Below, in pieces: positions 51,116 through 62,512 of a stretch of DNA of 64,000 nucleotides. The notes below the pieces were generated by a model. The model was given only the letters and a program-made list of their open reading frames with translations. It searched no databases and was not told where the DNA came from. The DNA is from an uncultured delta proteobacterium. GTDB taxonomy: Bacteria > Myxococcota_A > Polyangia > Fen-1088. The position numbers and the translations under genes were made by a program. Numbering within the stretch: the first letter of the stretch is position 1; every line of letters starts with the position of its first letter. Where the stretch lies: positions 1,440,001 to 1,504,000 of the forward strand of contig CAVYGB010000008.1 of NCBI GenBank assembly GCA_963767925.1, in the 5' to 3' direction.

Positions 51116-54100
51116 TCAAGGCGCGGGGGTGAGGGCGCGGGCGGGGAGGGTTAGTTTGGGTTCGGAGGGGCTCGACCAGGAGAGGCGGATGAGGGCGCCG
51201 CCGCTGCTGTCGTAGTACTCGAGGCGGAGCGAGACCGGCACCCCGGCGGTGAGGGCGATGGTGCCGCTGTTTTCGGTCGATCCGTGGTTGGTCCAGTTGT
51301 TGACGAGCTGGACGTCGTTGACCCAGAGGCGCACGCCGTCGTCCGACTGCGTGTAGAAGGTGTAGGTCGCGCTGAAGGCGGGGGTGACCTGGCCGGTCCA
51401 GCGGATCTGGAACCCGTCGGCGGGGACGCCGGAGGCGGGGGCGGCGGTGCCGAAGTCGAAGGCCACCACCCGGTCGGTGCGGGTGAGGACCAGGTCGGAG
51501 GCGTTGAAGGTGCGGGCGTCGAAGTATTCGCCCTTCAGGCCGCAGGTCCGGCTGGCGCAGGCGAGCTGGTCGAGCAGGGCCGAGTGGCGCTCGTCCCCGA
51601 AGGCGAGCATGTTGGACTTCTCCGCGTCGAAGTTGCACAGGTTGGTGACCGGCGAGGCGTTCCAGTCTGCCTGGTTGAAGCCGGAGGCGGCCACCTCGAC
51701 GATCGGCTTGAAGCGCTGGGGCGAAAGGACGCCCCGCTTGGGGTCGCTGCTGGCCGGGTCGTAGGAGGCCAAATACTGCAGGCGGGTCATCAGCTCGGTC
51801 CGGTAGGTGCGGATGAAGGCGTCCTTGATCCGGTTCCAGTCGCCGTTCCGGTTGTCGGGATCGCCCCGCTCGCCGAAGAAGAACGTCTTGCGGGCGTTCC
51901 AGCCGAAGTTCTCGCCGAACTCGCGGTCGAGGTCCCAGGGGACGAAGGACCACTTGCCGGCCGCGTCCTTGTACAGGAAGTGGTTGTGGAAGATGTCGTC
52001 CCAGGGCTCGGACCAGTTCCGGATGGCGATGTAGTTCAACATCGCCTCGATGTCGAAGTTCTGCTCGACGAAGGCCCGGACCGGGACGAGGTTGTCGTTG
52101 CCCGAGTTGGTGTCGTGGAGGTTGCCGGCGACCCGGGCCGCGTCGAGCCCGGAGATGAGGGTGGCGATCTCCGAGGCGTCTTTCCAGTCCCAGGTCTTCC
52201 GCTCGTAGCTGTAGTTGTAGCGGTCGAGTGGCTGGAAGCTGGGGGTGCGTCCGGAGCAGCTCACGCCCAGCGGCTGGCCGTCGGCCCGGCCCCAGGGGCC
52301 CTCCTGCACGCCGGAGTTGCCCGAGGCCTTGAACAGGTCCCCGACCCGCACCCCGGGCAGGGTGGTTCGCCGGAGCAGATCCTCGTCCGGGACCTCGATG
52401 TCGAGGGCGTAGTCGTAGTACCCGCCGTTGACGTACAGGCGCCGGTACCGCACGCGGCTCGACGGTAGCCCGGCCGCGGCGTAGATGTGCTCGCCGACGG
52501 CGGCGTCGAGGCCGGGACAGCTCTGGTTGAGCTTGTTGAGGATCAGGGGATCGCGCCGGCCCTCGAAGCGGGCGTAACGCGGGAAGCTGACGTTCCAGCT
52601 CAGCGCGCGCAGCACCTGGGTGCTGTCGCTGGTCGAGCGGGCCATCATCGGGTTGGGCAGCGGGCTGATCGCCGTGCGGGCCAGGTCGATCTCGCTGCCC
52701 ACCGGGCGGTTCCAGCGGCTCCCCTGGTAGCGGACGCGCACGTCGTAGACCTGACCGTCGGACACGAAGACGGCAGGCACCCGCCCGTCCCAGGTCGAGC
52801 GGATCTGGCAGCGCACCGTCGAGCCCCCCATCGTCTCGGGGACGACGCGCCGGTCGTCGGCGCTCGCGATGTTGACGTTGGTCCAGAGATCGCCCCAGTC
52901 ACGGGCCTTGACGAAGAGCTGGTAGGGCGGCTGGGCGGCGGCGACGGCCGGGCTCACGAAGTAGCCGTGGTGCCGGAAGGGATCGCTCGGGCGGGGCGAG
53001 ATGACCTGCAGCCCGGCGCCGAGATCGGCCAGCACCCGGTAGCGGACGACGCTGTTGTCCGACTGCGCGGGCAGCCGGGCCTCGTACTGGTCTCCCACCA
53101 GGGACATCGTGACGGCGGTGGCGGTCTCGTCGGTCCGCTCGAGGTTGTCGACGAAGTACTCCAGGCGGACCTGCCCCAGCGACCCGTGGGCCGACAATCC
53201 CGCCCGGACCAGCACCTCGTCGGTCCGGCGGATCAGCGCGGTGCCGCTGACCGCCCCCGCGGTCAACGACTGGACGATGCGGGAGGGCGTGCCGGTTGTC
53301 GGATTGGGCTCTCCCGGGGTGGGGCCGTCGACGGGGGAGGGGACCCAGTTCGAGACCTCGTCGGTCGGCAGGTCGTACGACACCCGGGCCAGCGAGACGC
53401 CCCGGTGCCGGTGCGACTCCAGCGGGAGGAGCTCGGGGGCCAGCCAGGTCTCACCGGCGCCGAGGGCGTCGGCTGCCACCGGCCAGGGGAAGCGGTCGTC
53501 GTAGCGGAGGGCGTCCACAGTGGCCCCGGCGGCGTTCTGGAGGAGCACCAGGCCGCCCGAGTTGTCGAGCTCCCCGGCGTAGTTGCCGTGCAGGTCCGAC
53601 AGCTGGAGGCCGTAGGCCGGGACCGCCGCCAGCGCGTCCCGATTCTTGGCGACGACGAGGAAGCCCAGGGCGGAGATGCGCGAGCCGGCGGGGAAGGTGT
53701 AGGTGACCTCGCCGGCCAGCTTCCAGCCGGACAGGTCCAGCTCGAAGTCGGCCCGGTTGTGCAGCTCGATGAACTCGTGCTGGTCCTCGTAGTCCTCTTC
53801 CAGCACGGGGTGGTACATCAGCTCCGAGAAGACCACCGCCGGGGTGGGCGGCGCCCGATCGGGCGTGGTGTCCGGCATCGTGTCGAACGGTCGGTCCGGG
53901 GAGGTGTCCGGGGTCGTGTCGAACGGTCGGTCCGCCGGCATGGTGTCCGCCGGCATGGTGTCCACCGGCATGGTGTCCGCCGGCGTGGTGTCCGCCGGCG
54001 TGGTGTCCACCGGGGCGTCGGGCAGGGGCGCGGAGGTGTCCGGCCCCAGGTCGGGCGGCACGTCCGGGGGCGCGTCGGGGTCGCCGGCCGCCGTGTCGGG

Positions 54101-54472
54101 GTCGGCTCCCGGTCCGTCCGGCAGCGGCCCAGGTAGGTCCATCTCCCCCCCGGTATCCGAACCCAATTGTCCGTCATCCCCCGTATCCGTCGCCGGCGAG
54201 GCGTCGTCGCCCGTCGCCGCATCGGGCGCGTCAGCCGGGTCGCCCGCCTCGGCGGGCCCGTCCCCGACCCAGCCATCGCCGGGCGCGTCCTGGCCACCTG
54301 CGCCAGCCGAGCCGTCCATGCCACCGGCTCCCCCGGTGACCGGAGGACCGTCTACGGGCCGGATGCCGTCGATTATCCCTCCATTGAAGCAGGAGGCGAC
54401 GGTCGTCGCGATGGCCGACAGGAAAACGAGATGGCCGAAGCCTCGGGGACCAGGCGAACTCGATACGAACAC
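51116..54472 (-). CDS. Lipoprotein: Asp/Pro-rich linker, lamin-tail domain, CotH kinase-like domain, C-terminal PA14 domain
   Basis: Lipobox TTVASC; LTD VVFSELMYHP..EFIELHN..DLSGWKL; CotH-like RLYVNG, WDDIFHNHFLY, WSFVPWDLD; PA14 GLKGEYF..FQIRWTG..SDDGVRLWVN..LEYYD. Confidence 0.85.
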   Translation of the reverse strand: MFVSSSPGPRGFGHLVFLSAIATTVASCFNGGIIDGIRPVDGPPVTGGAGGMDGSAGAGGQDAPGDGWVGDGPAEAGDPADAPDAATGDDASPATDTGDDGQLGSDTGGEMDLPGPLPDGPGADPDTAAGDPDAPPDVPPDLGPDTSAPLPDAPVDTTPADTTPADTMPVDTMPADTMPADRPFDTTPDTSPDRPFDTMPDTTPDRAPPTPAVVFSELMYHPVLEEDYEDQHEFIELHNRADFELDLSGWKLAGEVTYTFPAGSRISALGFLVVAKNRDALAAVPAYGLQLSDLHGNYAGELDNSGGLVLLQNAAGATVDALRYDDRFPWPVAADALGAGETWLAPELLPLESHRHRGVSLARVSYDLPTDEVSNWVPSPVDGPTPGEPNPTTGTPSRIVQSLTAGAVSGTALIRRTDEVLVRAGLSAHGSLGQVRLEYFVDNLERTDETATAVTMSLVGDQYEARLPAQSDNSVVRYRVLADLGAGLQVISPRPSDPFRHHGYFVSPAVAAAQPPYQLFVKARDWGDLWTNVNIASADDRRVVPETMGGSTVRCQIRSTWDGRVPAVFVSDGQVYDVRVRYQGSRWNRPVGSEIDLARTAISPLPNPMMARSTSDSTQVLRALSWNVSFPRYARFEGRRDPLILNKLNQSCPGLDAAVGEHIYAAAGLPSSRVRYRRLYVNGGYYDYALDIEVPDEDLLRRTTLPGVRVGDLFKASGNSGVQEGPWGRADGQPLGVSCSGRTPSFQPLDRYNYSYERKTWDWKDASEIATLISGLDAARVAGNLHDTNSGNDNLVPVRAFVEQNFDIEAMLNYIAIRNWSEPWDDIFHNHFLYKDAAGKWSFVPWDLDREFGENFGWNARKTFFFGERGDPDNRNGDWNRIKDAFIRTYRTELMTRLQYLASYDPASSDPKRGVLSPQRFKPIVEVAASGFNQADWNASPVTNLCNFDAEKSNMLAFGDERHSALLDQLACASRTCGLKGEYFDARTFNASDLVLTRTDRVVAFDFGTAAPASGVPADGFQIRWTGQVTPAFSATYTFYTQSDDGVRLWVNDVQLVNNWTNHGSTENSGTIALTAGVPVSLRLEYYDSSGGALIRLSWSSPSEPKLTLPARALTPAP
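53868..54013. repeat. Coding tandem repeats: five 15-bp units (PADTM/PADTT) plus a 36-bp-period duplication (PDRPFDT)
   Basis: tcc(g/a)ccggc(a/g)tggtg x5 at 53931-54005; gtgtccggNNtcgtgtcgaacggtcggtccg at 53868 and 53904. Confidence 0.85.
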
Positions 54473-54574
54473 GTTTCAAGAAAAGATCGGCAGAACCCGA
54501 GGGTGGGTGAGGGGTCGCTCGTAGGCACTAGATTTCCCTGGTATCCGCGGTCGGATCTCTTAAATGTACGTCTC

Positions 54575-56499
<1,925 letters not shown>

Positions 56500-56616
56500 C
56501 GGCGGGCGCCGCCAGCGTGGCGAGCAAGGTGGCCGGCAAACTGATCAGCTGGCTCTGTGCGGCGAACGGTGACATTCGCTTGGTCCTCGACCGATCCTGT
56601 GCATAATGTCGAGCCC

Positions 56617-57027
56617 GTGACGCCGCGCTGGTACCGAATTATTCTGGTCTCGGTGGCGTTGGTTGGCTGTGGAGGGGACGAAGACCGGCCCCCAACCTGG
56701 AGCTACATCTCTCCGGGGATCATTCAGCCAAACTGCGCGACCTCCAGTTGTCATAGCCGCGGAGCCGCGGTCTCTGGCCTGGACCTGTCGTCGACGCAAG
56801 CTGGGTACGACAGCCTCTTCAACCAGAGGCTGGCGCCCAGTGCGTTATTGCCCAACCGACAGATGGTGACCCGCAGGCTGGTCACCCCCGGGAGCCCGAC
56901 GGAGTCCCGGGTGGTCAACATGATGCGTGCCTACGGCGCCAGTCGCATGCCGCCGGACCGGCCACTCGCCGAAGCGGATATCGCGCTCATCGAGGAGTGG
57001 ATCCTGGCCGGAGCAAAGAATGAGTAG
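56617..57027 (+). CDS. Lipoprotein monoheme cytochrome c-like protein with an atypical CX4CH motif
   Basis: Lipobox VALVGC; IIQPNCATSSCHS..GLDL..VTPGSPTES..RMPP..L..DIALIEEWILAGA, the planctomycete cytochrome C-type pattern. Start chosen at GTG 56617. Confidence 0.72.
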   Translation: MTPRWYRIILVSVALVGCGGDEDRPPTWSYISPGIIQPNCATSSCHSRGAAVSGLDLSSTQAGYDSLFNQRLAPSALLPNRQMVTRRLVTPGSPTESRVVNMMRAYGASRMPPDRPLAEADIALIEEWILAGAKNE

Positions 57028-58171
57028 AGCCATCCAGGCGGGATTGTTTGCCGTAGCCGCCGGGCTGATGTTTTCAGGGACCGCTTTCGCATATCCGCAG
57101 TGGCAGTTCTCGAGCGGCACCAGCCGCTGCAGCCAGTGCCACTACTCGCCCTCCGGCGGTGGGCTCATCAACGGCTACGGTCGTGATGCCTCGGCCGAAG
57201 AGCTGTCCACCTGGGAGGGCGACGGCAGCTTCTTCCACGGGACGATGGACCTGCCGAGCTCCCTGGCCCTCGGCTTCGACGGCCGCTATTCGGTGCTGGC
57301 CCAGAACACGGGCGAGGCCAACGGGACCACCGTGGCCAACTTCCCCATGCAGGCGGACGCCTACGCCCGCCTAGGGCTCAGCGACGCCCTCTCGGTCTAC
57401 GCCAGCCTCGGTTATCGGGGCCAGGTTCGCTCGGTCGATGAGCCGACTGGCACGGGGGCGGCGTTGCCCATCGCCTCCCGCTTCATCTCCCGCGAGCACT
57501 ATCTGATGTGGCGGCCGGCCGCGATGGGCATCTACGCCCGGGTCGGTCGCTTCTTCGCCCCTTTCGGCCTGCGGCTGGCCGAGCACACCACGTACGTCCG
57601 CCGCGACCTGGGCTTCAACCTGCTCGAGGAGTCGTACAACCTGTCGCTCGGATACCTGCAGAGCGGCTACGAGATTCACGTCACCGCCTTCATGCCCGAC
57701 CTCCTTCGGAACGTCGGCGGAAATGAGCTGGGCGCGGCCGCCATGCTGGAGCGGCGGGTGGGGGACGCGAGCGCTCTGGGTCTACAAGGTCGCTACGGCC
57801 AGAGCGACGATCTCACCCGGTTCATCGGAGGGATCTTCATGAAGACCTACCTCGATTCAACCCGGGCCTTGATCCAGGCGGAGCTCAACGTCGTCCACTC
57901 GACGGCCACCGAGGGGGGGGCTACTACCGATGGGTTCGTCGGGTATGCCGGTATCAGCTTCTTCCCAACCAAGGGTCTTTGGGTTACACCTTTCGCTGAG
58001 CGCAGGCAGACCAGCATCGCAGTGCGTGATACCGCGACGGACGCGGGCGGCGTGCAGATCAATTGGTTTCCCTACCCGCACTTCGAGCTGACCTGGATGG
58101 GTAGGTTCCAGATTCCGGCGGGCGACTCCACGGCCCTCACCAGCATGTTCTTCTTCCACTACTACCTATGA
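57020..58171 (+). CDS. Outer-membrane beta-barrel with an N-terminal CxxCH heme motif (Cyc2-like cytochrome-porin fusion)
   Basis: Signal peptide ..TAFA, then YPQWQFSSGTSRCSQCHYSPSGGGLINGYGR; amphipathic beta strands; ARVGRFFAPFG; aromatic C-terminus FFFHYYL. Confidence 0.75.
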   Translation: MSRAIQAGLFAVAAGLMFSGTAFAYPQWQFSSGTSRCSQCHYSPSGGGLINGYGRDASAEELSTWEGDGSFFHGTMDLPSSLALGFDGRYSVLAQNTGEANGTTVANFPMQADAYARLGLSDALSVYASLGYRGQVRSVDEPTGTGAALPIASRFISREHYLMWRPAAMGIYARVGRFFAPFGLRLAEHTTYVRRDLGFNLLEESYNLSLGYLQSGYEIHVTAFMPDLLRNVGGNELGAAAMLERRVGDASALGLQGRYGQSDDLTRFIGGIFMKTYLDSTRALIQAELNVVHSTATEGGATTDGFVGYAGISFFPTKGLWVTPFAERRQTSIAVRDTATDAGGVQINWFPYPHFELTWMGRFQIPAGDSTALTSMFFFHYYL

Positions 58172-58806
58172 AAAAACCAAAGCTCGCAAAGCAGTTGGCC
58201 CTCTGTGCGATCGTGGTGGTGGGGGCGTCTTGCGCGGCAGAGGTCCCCCCCGACGTCCCCTCCTGGGATCTGGACGTCTATCCCATCCTCCGCGGGAGCT
58301 GTGGCCACTGCCACGGCGTGACCGTGAACGGGATGGCCCAGCCCCTGACCCGTTACGACGTCTGCGACTCCGCAGCGTTCTCGGGCAAGGGGCTCAACGT
58401 GAGCCCCGGCGCGACCGCGGGCGCGATCCTCATCTCGATGTTCGTGAAGCCGCAGGCCGGCGGGGCGCGGATGCCGCCGCCCCCCGCGGCGCCCCTCACG
58501 GACTACGAGCGCACGGTGCTCGAGCGCTGGGGAAAGAACCCCAAGTGCAACAAGCAGGTTCCCAACCGCAAGCCCCTGCTCCGGGTAGTGCAGGCGCTGG
58601 CCAGGCAGGGCGGTCGAGCCAGCGTGACCCTCGAGGTGAGTGATCCCGATGGCGACCAGGTGATGGGCAAGGCGAAGCTCGGCGGCGCGGAGTTCGTCAT
58701 CCAGGGCTCCGGGCGCTGGCCGATCGAGTTCAACGGCGCCGGGGCCAACGATCGGCTCACCGTCTCGCTGTTCGACGGCTACGAGGCCGTCGACTTCATG
58801 CCCTGA
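58168..58806 (+). CDS. Lipoprotein monoheme cytochrome c with a C-terminal Ig-like beta domain
   Basis: Lipobox VVGASC; VYPILRGSCGHCHG, distal Met in ARMPP, LERW; then NRKP...VSDPDGD beta-sandwich pattern. Confidence 0.75.
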   Translation: MKKPKLAKQLALCAIVVVGASCAAEVPPDVPSWDLDVYPILRGSCGHCHGVTVNGMAQPLTRYDVCDSAAFSGKGLNVSPGATAGAILISMFVKPQAGGARMPPPPAAPLTDYERTVLERWGKNPKCNKQVPNRKPLLRVVQALARQGGRASVTLEVSDPDGDQVMGKAKLGGAEFVIQGSGRWPIEFNGAGANDRLTVSLFDGYEAVDFMP

Positions 58807-59367
58807 TCAGAGCAGCCGGGTCAGGTCGACCTTGAAGGCGTGCGCGCAGTAGTAGCGCAGCTCTTCCAGGCTCGCCTTCACGTCGGCCATGGCCCGGTGG
58901 TTGACCGGGCCGTGGGGGTAGCTGATCTGCGGGTACCAGGCGTTGACCAGGGCGCTCAGCGTCCCGATGTCGACCTGTCGGAAGTGCAGGTGTTGCTCCA
59001 GCCGGGGCATGTGGCGCGCCAGGAAGCGCCAGTCGTGAAAGACCGAGTTGCCGGCCAGCAGACCTTCACCGGCCGGACAGTGGGGGGCGATGGCGGTCAG
59101 GACGGCCCGCTCGGCCTCGCGCAAGGACACGCCTGAGCTGCGCACGGCTGCCAGCAGGCCGTTTTCGCTGTGCATGCGGCGCACCCGATCGCTCATCCGC
59201 TCGAGGAACTCCTCGGGGGCAGCGACGACACATTCGACCTCCACCAGGGGTTTGAGGTCGGCGCCGGTGACCACCGCGCCGATCTCGAGAACGGCGTCGG
59301 AGGCCGGGTTCAGGCCGGTCATCTCGAGGTCGATCCAGACCAACCGCACGTCCCGGGACACGCTCAT
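58807..59367 (-). CDS. orn: Oligoribonuclease
   Basis: LVWIDLEMTGL, LAGNSV..D..FL..HMP.L..HLHFR..D, HRAMADV..S.EEL.YY. Confidence 0.95.
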   Translation of the reverse strand: MSVSRDVRLVWIDLEMTGLNPASDAVLEIGAVVTGADLKPLVEVECVVAAPEEFLERMSDRVRRMHSENGLLAAVRSSGVSLREAERAVLTAIAPHCPAGEGLLAGNSVFHDWRFLARHMPRLEQHLHFRQVDIGTLSALVNAWYPQISYPHGPVNHRAMADVKASLEELRYYCAHAFKVDLTRLL

Positions 59368-59383
59368 TCGGGCGTTTCGGAAT

Positions 59384-60703
59384 CTAACCCGCCGGGCGGG
59401 GCGGGCGGTCAACAAAAGCACGGTCGGGCACCCCGGGCGCGGGCGGAAGCAGCTCGGACAGCGTCAAGCCGTCGATGCGCTTGCGCCGCCCCTCCTCGAG
59501 GTCGTGTACGAGCTGCGCCAGGGCGGGGGAGAGCGTCCCGGGCGCGATCTCCAGGTCGGTGGCGCGGAAGGCGGTCAAAATGTCCGCCACGGTGATACCG
59601 CCGGCCGCGCGGGCGGGGATGAGCCCCTCCTTGTCACCGCGCACCTCGGCAATCAGCCCCTGCTGCTTGAGCCGCTCGACGAGGCGCCCCACCACGTCGG
59701 CGCTGAGCCCGAAGTCACGAGCCAGGTGCTCGCGCTCGATACCCCGGCCGCCGCGCTCGTGGTTGGCCGCCACCGCCGCCAGTAGCTGAGTCGCGACGAG
59801 CCCGTTGATCGGCTCGGCGGTGTGCTGCCGGCGCTCCTCCGCCTCGAGGAGCTGCAGGTTCTGGAAGGCGTGGGCGATCTCGGCCCCCAGCAGGACAAGC
59901 AGCCAGGAGATGTAGATCCAGAGCAGCAGCATCGGGACCAGGGCCAGCGGGCCGTACACGCCGGCGTAGCTCTCGAGCAGCATCTGCTTGGCGAACTTGA
60001 GAAAGCCCCACTTGAGCGCCTCGAGGGCCACCCCGGTGACGAGGGCCCCGGTGAAGGCGGCTCGCCAGCGGACCAGGACGTTGGGCAGGAGCTTGTTGGT
60101 CAGCAGGAGGGCGGCGAACTGGATGGCGAGCGGCCCCAGGACCTGGACCCAGCTCCCCTCGCCGATCAGCCGGCCCGACCAGTAAAAGGAGGCCCCGCCC
60201 AGGATCGGCACCAGGGTCACCAGGGCGTAAAAGGTCAGGAACTTGCCCACCAGCGAGCGCCGCGACGGCGCCCGCCAGATGTCGTTGAACGTGCGTTCGA
60301 CCGACGAGTAGAGCGAGTAGCAGGTGAGCAGGGTGATGATGAGGCCGAAGCCGCCCGCCGCACCGATGCTGATCTTGGCCGAGAAGGCCTTGAGGTAGGG
60401 GGAGGCCTCCCGGAGGTCGGGCAAGATGTAGGTCGCGATGTAGTCGAGCAGGCGGTCCTCGGCGTCGCCCGAACCCACCGTCTTCAGCAGGGCGAAGGCG
60501 ATCGCGAGGATGGGCACCATCGACAGCGTGGCCTGGTAGGAGAGGGCCGCCGCCTGCTGCGGGCAGCGGTCCCGGGCCCACTGCTTGAGGATGCGCAGGC
60601 CGAGCCGACCCACGAAGATGCCGGCCCGGGCCCGCCCGGTGAGATGGGCCGCGGGCGCGCTCTCGGTGAAGTAGGCGCGAATCTGTGCCAGCGTCCGCCG
60701 CAT
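59384..60703 (-). CDS. YihY/BrkB family membrane protein with a C-terminal Rrf2-like wHTH
   Basis: AAALSYQATLSMVP, FNDIW, YGPLALVPMLLLWIYISWLVVLLGAE-like segment, then HTH with ITVADIL. Confidence 0.9.
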   Translation of the reverse strand: MRRTLAQIRAYFTESAPAAHLTGRARAGIFVGRLGLRILKQWARDRCPQQAAALSYQATLSMVPILAIAFALLKTVGSGDAEDRLLDYIATYILPDLREASPYLKAFSAKISIGAAGGFGLIITLLTCYSLYSSVERTFNDIWRAPSRRSLVGKFLTFYALVTLVPILGGASFYWSGRLIGEGSWVQVLGPLAIQFAALLLTNKLLPNVLVRWRAAFTGALVTGVALEALKWGFLKFAKQMLLESYAGVYGPLALVPMLLLWIYISWLLVLLGAEIAHAFQNLQLLEAEERRQHTAEPINGLVATQLLAAVAANHERGGRGIEREHLARDFGLSADVVGRLVERLKQQGLIAEVRGDKEGLIPARAAGGITVADILTAFRATDLEIAPGTLSPALAQLVHDLEEGRRKRIDGLTLSELLPPAPGVPDRAFVDRPPRPAG

Positions 60704-60743
60704 CCCCCCTAGAACATCGGCCGCGCCGACGTTTTCGGGAGCT

Positions 60744-62318
60744 TCAGGGCAGGGGCGGTCCGCCGGTCAGCGCGGCCAGGCGGGGGCTGCGGCGGGGAAC
60801 GTCGGCCGGCGCTGCCACCAGGGGGGCCAGCTCGGGCTCGGGCACGTCGGCCAGGGCGGCCCGCCAGTCGCCGTAGCGGCCACCGGCCCGGGCGGCCTGG
60901 ATCGCCGCCCGACCGGCGGCGAACCCGCCCTGGGCCAGGCGGTATTCGATGAAGGCCCACTTGGGGGGGGTGGGCCGCAGCTCGACCCGCCCGGCGACCC
61001 GGGCGCGGAGGAGGGCCAGTCGGGCTTCGATCTCCCCGATGGGGGTGAAGGGGTGGCGATCGAGGGGCGTGTTGCGCTTGGCCACGAAGGGCGCGATCCC
61101 GAACACGACCCGGGGCGCGATCCGGGACAGCTCGAGGGCGAACCGCCCGAGCTCCTCCACGTCGGTCATCGTCTCACCCGGCAGGCCGAGCATCAGGTAA
61201 AGCTTGAGCTGCGTCAGCCCGTGGGTGCGGCACAGCTCGGCCGCGCGGAGCAGGTGCTTCTCGTGGGTCCGACGCTCGATCTGGATGCGCATCCGCTCCG
61301 AGGCGCCATCCGAGGCGGTGGTGAGGGTGCGGTATCCGCCCCGCTTGAGGAGGCCGACGATCTCGTCGGTGAGCCGGTCGGCCCGCAAGCTGGAGATGCC
61401 GACCTCGCGGCCCGCATCGACGAGCCCCCGCAAGATGACCGGGAGCTTGGGGTGATCGGTGACGGCGGCCCCCACCAGGCCCACCCGAGCGGCGTCGCTC
61501 GGGACCCGGGCCAGCACCACCTCGGGGGGCACCAGGCGCATGCCCCCGTTCGTCGACCGGCGCATCACGCAGTACGTGCAGCCCCGGTGGCAGCCCCGCT
61601 CGGGCTCGATCAGGAACATGTTCGAGAGCTCGGTGTGGGGGGTCCGGATCTGGGAGTAGGCGGGCAGCCGGTGGTTGCCGGCGGCGGCGATGGCCGGCGG
61701 GGTCTCGCCGTGCCGGCTCGGCACGTAAAAGCCGGGGCGGTCCGCCAGCTCGGCGAGCATCTGCTCGCGGTCCTGCTGGCCAAGGCTCGCGTCCTTGATC
61801 CGCTCCATGAGCTCGGGCAACACGTCCTCGGCCTCGCCCAGGATCAACACGTCGGCGTACGGTCCGGCCGGAACCGGGTTGGAGAAGGTGAGGGGGCCTC
61901 CCACCACGATCAGCGGGTGCTGGCGGGGCGAGGCCGCCCGATCCGCGGCCAGGACCGGGATGCCGGCCATGTCCAGGCAGTCGACGAGACCGGCCAGTTC
62001 CAGCTCGTACGAGACGGAGAACGCTATCACCGGAAAGTCGCCGACCGGGCGCCCCGACTCGTAGGTGAGCAGGGTCTCGCGCAGGCGGCGGGCCTCGCGG
62101 GCGTCGTCGGGGAGGAAGGCGCGCTCCGCCGCGCAACCCGGGAGCTCGTTGAGCAGGCGGTAGACGGTCTGGTATCCCAGCGACGACATCCCGACCCGGT
62201 AGGGGCTCGGGTAGACCAGGGCTACCGCGAGGTCGGCCTGCCGGTGGATCGTGCCGATCTCGTCGCGCAGCCGTTGTGCGCGGATCTCCCGAAAATCCGC
62301 CGAGCCTCGGTTCTTCAT
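60744..62318 (-). CDS. Radical SAM protein (B12-binding-like N-domain)
   Basis: YPSPYRVGMSSLG, VVGGP, ERGCHRGCTYC (CxxxCxxC), SSLRAD, KLYLMLGLPGET, FVAKRNTP. Confidence 0.92.
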   Translation of the reverse strand: MKNRGSADFREIRAQRLRDEIGTIHRQADLAVALVYPSPYRVGMSSLGYQTVYRLLNELPGCAAERAFLPDDAREARRLRETLLTYESGRPVGDFPVIAFSVSYELELAGLVDCLDMAGIPVLAADRAASPRQHPLIVVGGPLTFSNPVPAGPYADVLILGEAEDVLPELMERIKDASLGQQDREQMLAELADRPGFYVPSRHGETPPAIAAAGNHRLPAYSQIRTPHTELSNMFLIEPERGCHRGCTYCVMRRSTNGGMRLVPPEVVLARVPSDAARVGLVGAAVTDHPKLPVILRGLVDAGREVGISSLRADRLTDEIVGLLKRGGYRTLTTASDGASERMRIQIERRTHEKHLLRAAELCRTHGLTQLKLYLMLGLPGETMTDVEELGRFALELSRIAPRVVFGIAPFVAKRNTPLDRHPFTPIGEIEARLALLRARVAGRVELRPTPPKWAFIEYRLAQGGFAAGRAAIQAARAGGRYGDWRAALADVPEPELAPLVAAPADVPRRSPRLAALTGGPPLP

Positions 62319-62512
62319 CGAAGGGACGGGGAGTCTACGCCGCGGGCATCACCGGCACCACCGGCCATCGGCCCGTCAACCGACGCCCGGCAGCGACCGA
62401 CCGACGCCCGGCAGGCTTTTGACCCAGAGCACCGAATCCGGTACTGTAGGGTCCTAGGGCTCTGTCCACCGCGTCCGGGCGGGCCCATCGGGACCAGTTT
62501 CGGAAGGTGTTC

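Noticed and set aside
57913..57920. G8 homopolymer in the porin gene as a phase-variation switch
   Set aside because: The run is short for such a GC-rich genome and the frame is intact, so there is no evidence of slippage.
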